Shown one piece after another: positions 1 to 12,860 of a stretch of 64,000 nt of DNA. Under the pieces are notes generated by a model. The model worked only from the letters and a program-made list of their open reading frames with translations, was not told the origin of the DNA and searched no databases. Each line of letters starts with the position of its first letter. The first letter of the stretch is position 1. The position numbers were made by a program, and so were the translations under genes. This DNA is from Rhodosorus marinus CCMP1338 (taxonomy: Eukaryota > Plantae > Rhodophyta): positions 868,001-932,000 of the forward strand of contig JAMWBK010000013.1 in NCBI GenBank assembly GCA_029953675.1, given 5' to 3'.

Positions 1-2232
1 AGATTGAGAACGAGAGAAACGGTGAAAGCATCGATTGGTTCGTGGTCAGTGCGATGACTCGCCTTCTGGTGGAACTCGGAGCGGATTCACAGGGACGGAG
101 CGTTTATGGTCATTACTTTGAGAAGAGGCTTTTGGAAGCGACCACAGAGTACTACAGAAAGGAGAGCAAGTTGTACGTGTCCGAGGGTACCCTGTCGGAG
201 TACATGATAAGGGTGGAGCGACGGATTAATGAGGAGGTTGATCGAGTCGAGAGATACCTCGACAGATGCACGCTCAGCCAGTTGAAATGGATAACCGAGA
301 CAGAGCTTCTGCTGCGAAACCAGGAGAAGATTCTGTACATGCCCACCACCGGCTTTCGATGGATGTTGCGGAATGACAAGTACGAAGACATTCACCGAAC
401 GTACAGGCTACTCTCCCGCGTGGAGAACGGGCAGAAAATGGTGCTCTCACAATTAAGGACTGAGGTAGTCGACAGGGGAATGGAAATTGTCGAGAACCAG
501 GAGTACGCATCAGAATTTCAACCGATGATCAATGCCTTCTTGGCATTAAAGGCAAAATACGACAAAGTCGTTGCAGGTGAGAAGTTCTCCAAAACCAGCC
601 TCGCCGGCTTTTGATCGGAACTCGTCCAAAACCTCTAACGGGAAGAACGGGATTATGTCGTCGACCCTCAGATCCCAAGTCTGGAGATAAAACGGCAGAC
701 AAGACGCTCTTGTTTCCTGTGAACGAGGCCTTTGAGCACTTCCTGAACGCGTTTGAGGGAACGCCCGAATTCCTTTCGCTCTACATTGACAAACTTCTCC
801 GGCAGGAGTTTAAGGGCTTGTCCGAGGACGAGATCGAGCAGCATCTCGACAGCCTCATTGCACTGTTCAGATACCTGCAGAACAAGGACGTGTTCCAGAA
901 GTATTATTCGTTGCATCTTTCCAAGCGTCTACTTTACGGAAGGTTTGTGCAGCTGAGCGGACAGCAAACCCTGACTCGGAGTCGAATCCTTGGACTCACA
1001 TTGCTGGTCCTGTTTTTCCTCTGTGTTTGGTGTAGATCCGTCTCGGAGGACGCCGAAAAGTATTTTGCGATCAAACTGAAGGAAGAATGTGGATCGGAAT
1101 ACACTCGGAAAGTGGAGGGCATGTTTAACGACATGAAGACTAGCGAAGAGACGAATGCTGCTTTCAAGAACTCGCTGACCGAGGCGGAAAAGCAGGCTTT
1201 GCCATGCAGCTTGGACCTGAACGTCTCCGTCCTAAAAATTGGTGTCTGGCCAGTTAGCGAGGTGGCGTCTAACGGGCTCCCAATTCTCCCGCATGACGTC
1301 ACGGAACATCTGAAGGTATGATCTGTTTCTAAGAGCCATGCTGACTGTAGCTTCTAACACAAGGTTTCGTCATTCACGTACTTCATCTGATTCACGCTAC
1401 AGCTGTTCATCTCGAAGTACAATGAAGGCCACGATGGTAGGATCCTCAAAGTGCAGAACAGCCTTGGCACCGCTGAATTGCGAGCAAAATTCTCCAAGAG
1501 CGAACACGAACTGGTGGTTTCTACTTGGCAAATGTGTGTATTGATGAATTTCAACGATCAAGACTCGCTAACTTACAAAGAGCTTCAAGAGGTACGTTGG
1601 AAGCGCATACGCTGCCTAGCGCGTCCCAGATTTTCTGAAACGCTTTGCCCACCTCTTTTCTGACTGTTCATGCTCTTATTCATTGTTTTCTCAAAAAAGG
1701 CTACCGGGATATCGGAGCAAGTTCTCTGCCGTACCCTTCAGAGCCTTGCCTGTGCCAAGTACAAGATTCTGCTCAAGGAGCCACGGGGACGCGATGTTGG
1801 TGAGACTGATGTCTTCAGTTTCAATGCAGCGTTTACCAATAGGGGTTTCCGAATTCGAGTTCCAACAATCTCCTCATCAAAGGTAAGACGATTGGATTGA
1901 GAGCCAGCGGTGACATCGAAACGGCCGGCGCTGTACTTTGATCCGGAACTGAATCGCGTACATGTCATCACTCGCAGGAGAATGATAAGGAAAGAGAAGA
2001 TGCGAAAGCGAGAGTAGAGCAGGACCGAAAACCGCAAATAGAAGCGGCGATTGTTCGGATCATGAAGGATCGAAAGACGCTAGACCACAGCCAGCTCATC
2101 GCTGAGGTTGTTCGGCAGCTCTCACCCAAGTTTAGACCCGAAGTGCCGGATATAAAACTGAGGATCGAGAGCCTCATTGATCGAGAATTCCTCGCGCGTG
2201 ACAATGAGCGGACATACAAGTATCGCGCGTGA
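1..2232 (+). CDS. CUL3: Cullin (CUL3-like), 5' end outside the window; 5 GT-AG introns within the window
   Basis: Spliced translation gives PEFLSLYIDKLLR, LFRYLQNKDVFQKYYSLHLSKRLL, ECGSEYTRKVEGMFNDM and the C-terminal neddylation domain EQDRKPQIEAAIVRIMKDRK...IESLIDREFLARD; TGA at 2230-2232. CUL3 subtype judged from the RKPQIEAAIVRIMK motif. Confidence 0.92.
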
Positions 2233-2655
2233 TGATGAACCTTGAATATCTCCGATCACGGGTCAATTTGTTCTCCATGTGTTCACCGCTTGGCCTTGGA
2301 AAAGGTATGGATGTGGACAAACTCCTTGTCTGCTGTACGCGTCCTTCCCAACATCGCGAAAAATCGTATATATCTATGCGTATGTGTCTCACTTTTCGTT
2401 CGGGTCGGGGCCACCGATGAAAGTGGTGACAGTTTGCACAGGTTTCCATCGTGGAACAACTGAGAACGACGGCGACTGCGACTTTGTCTTGCCCAACAGT
2501 GTAGAATTCTAGGGGAGGCAGGTTGTGAGTCGTTCGTTGTCCAATCGCTATTATGGTTTTGTTGGTCGTGTTTGGAGTTTCCAAGCAGGAGGAATTATGG
2601 ACTTGAAAATACTGACTTTCTATGAAGAACAAAAAACTTGTCCGGTTTGTGACTA

Positions 2656-3590
2656 TCAAATAAAATACTCTAAAATTACCAAAGAGATGGCAGCGAGGGC
2701 TAGAAACAGAGCGATCTTCAGCTGGATTCCCATTCCTTTCCTCTGGAGATCGCGAAGGTGCTCGTTGCCTCGCTCCACGCTTGTCACCGTACCCACCGCG
2801 TTATCATACAATTGCTCAATTCCTTTGGACTGTTCCAAAACCTGAGATGCTAACATATGGTTGAGCGCCGCGATCTTCATCATCTCTTTCTCAGCAGATT
2901 GAACCTTTTGGGGGAAAGGTGCGATGGAAACCGTTTTCAGAAGACCTGAGAATTCGTTCCTCAGAGCAAGCAGTCCGTTACCTCGTCGAGCGTCTGAACG
3001 AGCTCGTGATACATCGTCTGATTCTCGTTCTCGAGGGCCTGGAGCATTTGTGGATTCTGAATCTGTGTTGGCGGAGGGGCCTGAGACGGTTCGACTGGGC
3101 GGAGGTCCTCAAGTCTCTGTCTAGTTGCCGCAGACGCACCGTGGGACTTTGCTTCAAGGGCCCGTCGAATTCTAGCTCCTCGGAATTCCCTGGCCATCTC
3201 ATCGACAACCTGAAGCTCCTCAACCAGGCTCACAGCGATTCCCAACCGGTGCGCTTTCATCGTGGGGTGTCCATGCTCAGCTTCCTTCAGAATATCGATC
3301 CTGCTCGAAAAACCCTTGATCAGCCTCCCGTTCTCCGCGTCCACCTCGTCGCGATCAGAATCAGACATCCCAGAGTCGAAATCCAGGTAGCCTTGTCTAA
3401 GACTTCCCAATCTCGTCCTCAGTTGTTCCATTCCCGTTCGAATATTCTCAGCCTCCTCCACAAACATCGAAGACTCCACTGGGCTCAGTCGCGTGCTAAG
3501 GAACTCGTTTCCATGCCGCAGCGACTTGAACCCTGAGGACTCTCTAACTGAAGCTAAAAAGTCATCAGTTTTATCTGTCAACATAGCCAT
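2656..3590 (-). CDS. STX18: Syntaxin-18/SYP81/Ufe1-like Qa-SNARE; 1 intron (~2897-2985)
   Basis: N-terminus MAMLTDKTDDFLASV; LQALENENQTMYHEL linker; SNARE helix LEQSKGIEQLYDNAVGTVTSVERGNEHL; C-terminal TM IALFLALAAISLVILEYFI. Start could be 3590 or 3584. Confidence 0.82.
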
Positions 3591-3679
3591 GACTTTGGCA
3601 AGAACAAATTTCCGACCTTCAGAGAGTCTTAGTGCTTCTCTTTTTACTATGACGCTCCGTTCTCTACACAAGCTCGCAA

Positions 3680-5110
3680 CCCAAGCCCTGTCTTCCTCTT
3701 CACGAAGTTATATCACGGGTTCAAACTTGGTGTGACATAGCTTAGTCATCGAAGTCCAGGCGGCTTGGGAGGTGTCTTCAGGTTACTACTGACCTTCGAG
3801 CCAGGCACCACAAAGAACAGCACGTCTGTCTTCTTCGAGATTGATCATCATCGCTATCAAACATGGGGCGATGTCTTCCCCTCGCCAAGCAATGATGTGG
3901 GTTCCAACTTAAAAGATGACGATCTTAGGCATCTAAGACTAGGCTTGGAAGGCGTTTTATGTTTTTGCAGACGTCCGTCTGAGTCAGGCACCATAAAGAA
4001 CAGCAAGTCCGTCTTCTTCGAGATGAGATCTGAACCAGATCAAGGGATTCTGACGTCCATGAGCCGATCGATGAGCTTCTATGATGGAGCCAAACCGCAA
4101 AAGGCCCTTGTTTAGACTAGGCTTGGAAGGTGTCTTCAGGTTACTTAAGACGTTCACGAGTCAGGCACCACAAAAAAAAAATGTCCGTCTTCTTCTTCGA
4201 GATAAGATCTGCACCAGATCAAGGGATTCTGTCTCTCCATTAGCCGGTCGGTCAAGTGCTCTGAGGAACGAGGCGGAGAACAGCGGGCCCTTCTGGGTGT
4301 GAGGAGGTCAGGAGTAGACTTTTGGAGTCTTCAGATATCACTCGATCATCGTCTCTAGCAAACGTCGAGCTCTATCTTCCTCTTCGCCGAGTTGTGATAC
4401 GGGTTCCAACTTGGGACGCCGTATCTAGGCATCTAAGACTAGACTTAGGAGGTGTCTTCAGGTTATTGCAGCCGTTCGCGTCCGGCACCACAAAGAACAG
4501 ACTGCAAATCTTCTTCGAGATAAGATCTGGCCCAGGTCACGGGATTCCGCTTCTGGGTCGGTCAGTTCCCTGAAGAAGGAGCCGAAAAACAGCAGACCAG
4601 TCTGGGTGTGAGGTGGTCAGGAGTAGGCTTCTGAGACTTCAGATATTGCTCGATCATCATCTCCATCAAACATCAAGCGCTGTCTTCCTCTTCGACAAGT
4701 CATTGATGCGGGTTCAACTTTGGATGATGTATCTTTGGCATCCAAGACTAGACTTGGGGTGTTTTAAGCTTGTGCAGACGTTTGAGTCAGGCTCCACAAA
4801 GGACAGAATGTCAGTCTTCTTCGAGACAAGATCTGGACCGGATCACGGGATTCTGTCTCTCCATGGGCCGGTCGGTCAGGTTCTCTGAGGAAGGAGCTAA
4901 ACCATAGCAGGCCCTACACTCGGCGTGAGGTCGTCAGGAGTAGATTTTTTGAGCTTTCAGACGTTACTCGGTCATCATCTCTAGCAAACATCAAGCGCTG
5001 TCTTCCTCTTCGACAAGTCATTGATACGGATTCCAACTTGGGGATGACTTATCTTAGACATCGAGGGGCTAGACGACTGGGGAGGCTTGGGAGGAGGATC
5101 TTTCGGGTCT
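3680..5110. repeat. Degenerate tandem array: two ~180-bp periods then three ~310-330-bp periods
   Basis: Anchor GG(T/C)GT(C/T)TT recurs at 3771, 3951, 4129, 4451 and 4758, with a decayed copy near 5090. Shared blocks: ATCTAAGACTAG, GGCACCACAAAGAACAG, GTCTTCTTCGAGA, CTTCCTCTTCG, GGTTCCAACTT. Confidence 0.9.
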
Positions 5111-5301
5111 TTCTGATGTTGACTTTGGATGCCTTCCAAAAACCAGGAAGCGGAGCTTGTTGTCCTCCAACTCAATTCTGTGGGAGTTCTGTCGATGTCT
5201 TGTTAGGTCTGTGGGTATGTAGATTTTCGTGAAGGGGGAGCTGAGCGCCCCTCTTAGGTGAGGAGGAATTTGGAGCTGGAAAGGAGTAGTGGGGTTGGAA
5301 G

Positions 5302-8264
5302 ATGGAGATATTTGGAGTGAGACTCAGAAGACATGAAAGATTTCAACTGGATGGAGTGAATGACGATACCTCATCGGATGAAGGGTACGGCGTGGATGCG
5401 GAAGATCCAGAGGTGAGGTCACTATGGAACTGGCAGCATGTGGATGGCCATGGAAGTGGTTCTCGTGGGAGACATAAAGCGCATAAGAAATCAAGACTGA
5501 GAACTTGGTGTCAAGGAGCCGTTGATTTGGTGAAGAGGAACAAGGGATTTGTGAGTTTTCTTCTTCCGCCAAAGCGCATCCATTTGCTTGTTTTTCTCAG
5601 CTGCTATGGTTTTGGGGGGAAGATGATGTCTAACGATCAGATGATGACTCGGACAGGTGATTCTTCTGGTTCTGGTGTTTTACTACGTTTTTGGTATTTG
5701 TTCCAGGGCTCGACTACCTGATACCCGACAGCCCGCCGATGAGAGAACGCGGTCGGATTTGACCCCGAGAGAAGGTAGCTTGTCAGCTGGAGGGAACAAC
5801 CACAACTTTGTGGAACCACCACCACCTCCAAGATCAGGTGACGTTGAGACTGGCCTCCATCAAAATCAGAAGCCGGAGGTTGAGGAGAAGCCTCAAGACC
5901 AGCAGGAGAAGAAACCATTCCAGAATCATGGACAACCACCAGCACTTCATCCAGAGGTTGAAGAACGGAAACAAGATCACGGCCACGACTACGATCATGG
6001 ACACGCTCCAGACCTTCTCCACGGCTTGAAGCTCGCTGGAGCTTCAGCGGAATCGGAAGGCGATACCGTAAAGAGCCCATTCTCAAATGAGGATACAGGC
6101 CTCTGGGTGGCCCCAAGCAATGCCGGGGCGTTCTCAGATGAATCGGTTAGAACGTCCTACGAGAAACTTGTACAACGGTACTTGGTATGACCAGCACTTT
6201 CCGCCACGTTTAGACTCTGCCCGGGTGCTCTCGTCCGCCAAGCCGCGTTCCCTAACACCGGTGGGACACGAAATCAGTCCGCAGCGGTTACGAAGGACAG
6301 GCTCTTCCTCCGGAAAGGAAGCTTGAAAATGCCGTCCACTTTGATTCACTGAAGTTTACCTTTTCGTTTGCTCGGCCTCGCACAGGCTCCGTTTGCGAAA
6401 GAGGGAATTCCTCGGACGAAGCTAATAGAGATTCTGAACCGAAGGTATAGGCGGATACGTCCGAACCGTCAAAACCCGGGGTCCGTCACTCATCGAATCT
6501 CCTTTGGCCTTTTTCTGTTAACTATGAAACAGAACGTACGGCGAGAGCCCTGATGGAGCCAACAAGGGCAAACAGTCAGTGCTTTTCCAGATCAGAGATG
6601 ACAGTAAGTGTACCGCCGAACATATCGTCTTCTTGGTCCGCGGAAAATCGGTACCTCGCAGCCATGTTCTAGGTCCAAGTGCTCACAAAACGATGTCCAG
6701 AAGCCGGAACGATCAGTCAAAGCTTTTGACAGAATCGCCGTCTGAAAGCATTGCCTCGTAATCTCTTGCGACCCCTTCACCTCTGGCCGTGGTTTCCTGA
6801 TATCTGCGCTTATCTATAAGCCCCACGAAACGAGTTGCAGTTGCCTACTGACAGGGGATTGACGCCATTGCTCTTCACCGCAGGAATCCATCTCTATGAT
6901 CCGAACAACTTTCTCAACGAGGCGAAACCGTTTCACCTGAATCGAATCCATGAGCTGATCTTCCTCTTAAGCAATCTCGCGAAAGTCTCTCGATTGCCGG
7001 ATACGGAGTTCTTGGTATCCATTCACGACTGTGTTCAGACCGTGTCCAAGGAGACCACATACAGAGTCGCGAGATACGTTGAGAGTAAGGGGGTCGCCAC
7101 CGCTTTCAACCGGCTGAAGGCATAGAGCTGAATTTTCCAGCCCGTATGATTGCGTCTAGGCAACCCAGGGTTTACAATCGTCTCTTGTAACTTCTCCGAC
7201 AACATTCCGATTCCTATGTGGGAGGGGGATACGTCCCGAGGAGGCGGGTACAGGAGCTGGGACTCCAATATGGCAGAGTATGCGAAGGTAGGTCACGGAA
7301 GGTGATTATCACCACAACTAGTCGTAGTTGGCACCCCAAGTCCCTCTGATGGCCACGGTTCTCTGTGTTTCGGTGGACAGGATGACATTCCTTGGCTGTC
7401 GAAAGAATCCAAGGCAGTATTTCGAGGAGGGATGAGACCTAGTTCGTTCTATAGAAATAGGACAGAAGCTGAGATCAACTGTAGAACCACAGGACGCTCA
7501 GTCTTGCTGGAGAAGTCGGCTCAGAGGCCCGATATCTTTGACGTGTCATTGGCCGGTTCATGCGAAGGAACAAAATACACGCTGAATCGAATGGAACCGA
7601 GGGATCATGTAAGACAGCATGTCTATATTCACAGGACGGCGGAATTGTAGGCTTTGGTTGACGAGTTTCGCTGAAAGTATTTGGTGCGCCCTCGTATGTC
7701 TCGCGCTTCCGCAACCCCGCAGCACCGGTTCAAGTACGTGCTCTACGCAGAAGGAAACTGTTTCTGGGCAGACAGAATCAACAGGCAACTGTTTGGACCG
7801 TCGGCAATCATTAAGCAGGAGACACCATGCGGGCAGTTCTTTGAGCCCCTACTCCACCCTGGAGTCCACTATCTACCCGCTGACTTCTACTTTACTAATC
7901 TAGAAACTACGATCGACAAGATCAAGGTAACCGAATCACTCTCGAACTTGACCTCAATCAGCTCTAGGGCACTGGGCAATGCTAGACGCGAAAAAATTGC
8001 TTTGTGATCGGAGGCCTGGAGTCCCTACGCTTTACTTGTGCGCGAGAAGAGTCTGACCAGACGTTCTCGTTGTATTCTCAGAATGACGACAAACGAGCTC
8101 AAGAGATCGTGAGGAACGCCAACAACTTTGCGAAGAGCTTTCTGAGCCTTGAGGGCATATCGATATATATGGAGGAGCTGTTGAAGCACTACTCGAAGCT
8201 GTTGGTCTCCAAGGAAGTTGCGATTGAGGAGGGTGCTCAGGATGTGACGATGGATACCGGTTAG
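5302..8264 (+). CDS. Type II membrane glycosyltransferase family 90 (CAP10/KDELC/POGLUT-like); about 8 introns
   Basis: Exon 1 from ATG 5302 splices (5551-5656) to TM VILLVLVFYYVFGI, followed by a low-complexity stem. GT90-like motifs RLPDTEFLVSIHD, IPWLSKESKAVFRGG, FKYVLYAEGNCFWADRINRQL, FEPLLHPGVHYLP, AQEIVRNANNFAKSFL. Confidence 0.82.
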
Positions 8265-8669
8265 GGACTGGCAGGCTGTAAAGCGTAGATGTCACGGCGA
8301 GGTGTTGCTGGCAGCCTGGGAGGGTGTGAAGCGCATAGCTCCTCTTCATTGGAGGAAACGGCTTGGGGGGACTAGGTTGATATGCGTCTACGCGACGATC
8401 GTCTCGGGACATCCTGGTCACAATTGTCCAGAAATTGGAAGCGAAATGGCCTGCGATTGAAACCGGACAAGAATGAGCGCCATCCGATGGGAAATGAATC
8501 AGCACATCCAGCGTCAACTAGGAATGAACGGAGGCATCAGCAAGTCCCCCCTGCTCGCACCCATTTCGCGGCGGTTGTCAACTAGGTATTCGAATCGCAA
8601 CTGGTACAAGGTCTCTTTACGCGCCTCTAGTTGTATCACAAATTAGCGAGGATGCAAAAAAAAATGTCT

Positions 8670-9181
8670 TTACCGCTTCTTCTTGGGCTTGTCCATGGTC
8701 CACGGGCTCGGCGATCCGACCTTCGGGTACGTGTCCTCCGCGCGCTGGAAGATGTTGATCGCGGCTTCAACGGTCTGGGCAACGAAGCTCCTGTCCTCCG
8801 AGAGGTTCGCCTTGGCAAGCATTGCCATCACATTAGTGATACTCTCGAGCTCGACTTCGAGGGACTGTTTTTTCATATCCAGACGACCAAGAATTTCCTA
8901 TTTTTCATAAAATTCACAAGAAACGGAAAAAAACCGTCAGGCAAAGCTCCGATCCGCCCTCCCTTCCACGATCCATCGCTACGACTACCACAACGCACCT
9001 GAACCTCATTCACTTCACATCCGTCCTCAAGGCAGTTCTGGGCGGCTTCGACGTCGGTCTTCTCATCAGCCATCCTGACGACGACTCGAGACGCTTTCCT
9101 CATCTGCAGATCTCTACTGCAAACCGCCGCCGCGGAAGGCGCCGAGCTAACTCCTACACCAGCAACAAATCCGGCAACCAT
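8670..9181 (-). CDS. Small predicted plastid-targeted protein of unknown function (~135 aa); 1 intron
   Basis: Transit-like MVAGFVAGVGVSSAPSAAAVCSR...RVVVRM. The GTGCGT...AATAG intron joins CLEDGCEVNEVQ in frame to EILGRLDMKKQSLEVELE...YPKVGSPSPWTMDKPKKKR*. Confidence 0.75.
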
Positions 9182-11448
9182 CGTGTTTCAAAAAAAATCA
9201 CGACGACAAAAAACAACAAGGCAAGATTAAAACGTCGTAATCGTAATCACACCCTTAGATCCAAACCCTCTCCCGCCACCTCCCTCTCCCCCATTCCCTA
9301 CCCATCTCCTCCTCCGTAATCGACCAATACTTATACGCTCAATTTTGTTGAAAACTCATACGTCAAAGACCTTCTTCAAACGAAAACATTAGTCGCCAAC
9401 CCTTGGCCCAGGAAATACTACCACGATTCAACAACTAGGGATTCTTCGGATTTTTCCATCAACTTAGAATATGTTCTTCAACTCCACCCCTCTAAAACTT
9501 GTAGAGATAAATTCTCGTACATATGTACTACAACTAGATAGTTAAATAACTTATTATTTTATTTGTTAGTACCCATTAAATAGATATTTATCCAAACAAT
9601 CCCCCCCCTTCTATTTTATTCTTCGTCGATCTCCCTTATAACCGAAAAGATATGAAGACTGGATAAATATCAGCTTGCAGGAAATAAGGGATAGGGATTG
9701 GCTAGATGGAATGGTTAGTTGACTGATATATCATTTTTATTATTTTAAGACGTTTTATTATATTGACTGATTATGGATATTAGGTTTCCCTCGCACTACC
9801 TCAGTGGTTCTTGATCGGCATCGTTGATTGGTTCATTAAAGTTGATTTCTTTTTACCCTCTTTGGGTGCAGTTGAAAAGGTTTTTCGAATTTTGCTCTGA
9901 AAGGGAAGGGGGGGGGAGGTGGTTGGTGAAAGGAGGGAAAGGGGGAGGGGGGGTGGAAGAGGTTTAAGAGGCAGTGGGATGGTTGCTTAACAAGAGCAAG
10001 ACAAGTCGTTGCTCAGAGAGGATAAGTTAGTCTGAGAGGACTTTTACTTATCGAAGACGCATGTTTACGCTCTTCAAACGAACCGTACAACGGTTTTAGT
10101 CGCCATCTCACGAAGCAGCGGGCAGAGCCGTGGTAAACAGACGGTTCGGAAAGTGTCGGGCTTGGCGGGCGCTAAATGTTGTGTTCTCTTGGGTGTATGA
10201 TGGCAGGTCTTAACGGGAGTACGCTTGCTTACCGTCTCGCTTTTGACGCTTTTGACTCTTTTCGTCTGTGTGATGATCCGTCGATCGTATCTCCCTTCCT
10301 TTTAGCTTTCAGAACATCGACCTCTGGTTTCACTGCCAGTTCTCACTACTTAAGTTTCCTCCCACCTCCTCTGGGGTCACAAACCTCAAGAAACCTTCGG
10401 ACGCAAAAATGGGGACACCACAAAAACGGGTCCCAAACCCTTCCTTATAGAATAAAACGATAAAAAGAGTCCTTCTATATCGTCCTAAAACACTAGTATC
10501 GAGGTTTTTCTTATAAAACGTTTCCTGTTCAATCACACCCGATCTTCTGGTCTCGTTTATCGTATTTTCGTGTAGCTCAGCATTATGGATCGTCCCAGTT
10601 CGGTGGATCATGTTGACTGACTTTACTCGTAGACCAGAAACCCGTTGTAAAGATCATAGTATTGTTTTGAGGTAAGACGAAGTCCATCAAGAACCTCTTG
10701 TGGTAGCCCCCGAGGTGCTCGAACGTAGTTTCCAAGTCTGTCGCAAACAATCTCGCTTGCGGTAGCGCCTTAAAATGACGTTTGTCTCATGCTGGGAAAT
10801 TTTGTTTGCCAGCTCGACGTTCTTGTTGTAGGCGTCGTAGATCGAACTCAAGAGCCCTAAAGGTCGCTTGAGCCAAGCAGCTCTTCAAGAGCGTTTGACC
10901 CAGATTGGTAGGTATTTGCATTGAGGTTCTCTGCACCACAAACGGAGAATCCATCGCCCTCGGTGGACTGCTTGATCCAGATATACAGGAGATTTCGAAT
11001 CCGTATCTTGGATGATATACGTTGATGGTTTGGTTGAGGAGTATCACCTTGGACACTGCGTCAGCTTGGACCATTGCAACACCCGAAAAGAAACATAGGG
11101 GAGGCATTGTGCTGCTGCTGCACAGCCGTCCCATAAAGATCTCTGGCAGGGCTCTCCAGTCCACAGGATGGCATCCAGTCTCCAACTCCAGGGCATCGTC
11201 GAGAAGCGCTACATTTGAAACCGGGTTTAAAGCTAGCCTCCAAACTTCAGGTCTGGGTCGTGGAGGTCATTGTTCACGCAAGGATATATCTCCAACGATG
11301 TTTTGCGATATACATGGTGCTTGTGTTTATATAAACTGTGTCTTCGTTCCCGCTCTTCGCCGTGAAGAAACCAAATGGCTCCTCCCGGTTGAGCCTATGC
11401 ACACCGGGAAACCTAGGTCCGCTGCTGTTGAAAAGCCAGGGCAGATTT

Positions 11449-12536
11449 TTACATCGGCGCGATGCCTGTGAAAGGGTTGTAAGATCCTTGGGGAGCTTGC
11501 AAAGCTTGCCCATCTGCTGTCTCCTGGGAAGGCTCAGTAATCCCGGCGTTGATCTGCGCCTGCTTGGACAGAGTCGCTGCCTTCGCCTTGGCCTCCTCTC
11601 GCTGCTGCTTACTCTTGAAGAAGAGTTGAAGAGTGAAAACTAACTTGTCCTTGTCCCATTGATTGAAAAACTTTCCCTTAAGAGAGGAAGAAATGCAAGA
11701 GGAGAAAAGGTCGAAAGGCGGGGTCAAAAATCCACAAAGTTTATCCGTCCCTGCCCTGAACCAAGCCAGCGACAAAGCTTCGGAACTGTTGCCTACCTGG
11801 TCCTTGTCAACTTCCCAGTTGGGAATCTTGAAAGCTATCGTCTCATAGGGTTCTGCGGCGAACAAAAGGTATTGCCAGTCCTTATCCGGTGCTTCTTTCC
11901 TTTGCTCATAAGCGGACATGAATCGGTATCTTGGTTGCAGCCCTTCTACGATCTCAGGATACTCCACATTGAAGAGCAAGCTCAGCTGCTTCGTGCTCGG
12001 ATCTTTCTGTTTTACAATCCTAAGATATTGGTACAAGGAGGGTCATGAGGACGGGATGGCAGACGTGAGAGCAATGAGGCAGGTGGGTGCAGATCTCCTT
12101 ACCTATATCCCGGACGTCCGATCTTAACGGTCTTCCTCGGCTGAATTCTCTTAACAGTAGGAGCTGTCACGGGAGCGTTCCTCGCTTCTCTTGCCGCTCG
12201 CCGAGCGAGGTTGCTCTGGTGCCTTCTCCCCTGTGTATGAGCGAGATAATTCCCCTCGTTATTGTGCAAAGTCAAGCACAGCTTGCATTCATAAGACCCA
12301 AGATGATTTCGCATCAAATACGGATCCTTTTCTAGATCTATGGTATCAAGCGCGAGTTGTCGAAGCCTAAAAGTCCAACACGAAACAAAACGGTTCAGTT
12401 TTCAGTTTCCCCCCACTCCACTCCTGGGGGCTTATGGAAGAATATTCATCGTCTACCTCTCTCTTCTTGCAATGTTCGTGTGGTCCCCAGAGGCGACACC
12501 ACCCCCTCCAGTCTTAGCTCCCCAATCTCTATCCAT
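11449..12536 (-). CDS. SF3A2: Splicing factor 3A subunit 2 (SAP62/Prp11); 3 introns
   Basis: MDRDWGAKTGGGG...RRER|LRQLALDTIDLEKDPYLMRNHLGSYECKLCLTLHNNEGNYLAHTQGRRH (U1-type zinc finger); PRYRFMSAYEQ, YLLFAAEPYETIAFKIP. Intron 1 is 12367-12456. Confidence 0.97.
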
Positions 12537-12860
12537 CCTTTCCAAAACGTAAAGCAGAGCAGCTACCGCCAACCCCCAAAAAGTGACTAAAACTTGTTTC
12601 CACGTCACTGGTCGTCAAGAAGAAATTCCCTTGCACGCTGACGGCAACAAGACGAAACCCCATTCACGCCGTCGACAACAAGAAAGAACTCCTTTCGTCC
12701 TTGCTCCTCCAACCCAGCTTTCCTACCCGAATCGATCCGCCGAAGATGAGGACTTGAAGGATCGATCGGGAAGCAAGCTTCGGACTTTGGTTGCCGTGAC
12801 GAGGGTGGATAAGCATCTTGCATAGTACAGAAAACCACGGGCAGATCTTCACTCTTTCGC

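Noticed and set aside
2954-4272. 15-bp inverted match (TGCTCTGAGGAACGA) between the STX18 intron and one array unit
   Set aside because: A few 15-mer matches are expected by chance in a 64-kb self-comparison, and there is no extended homology.
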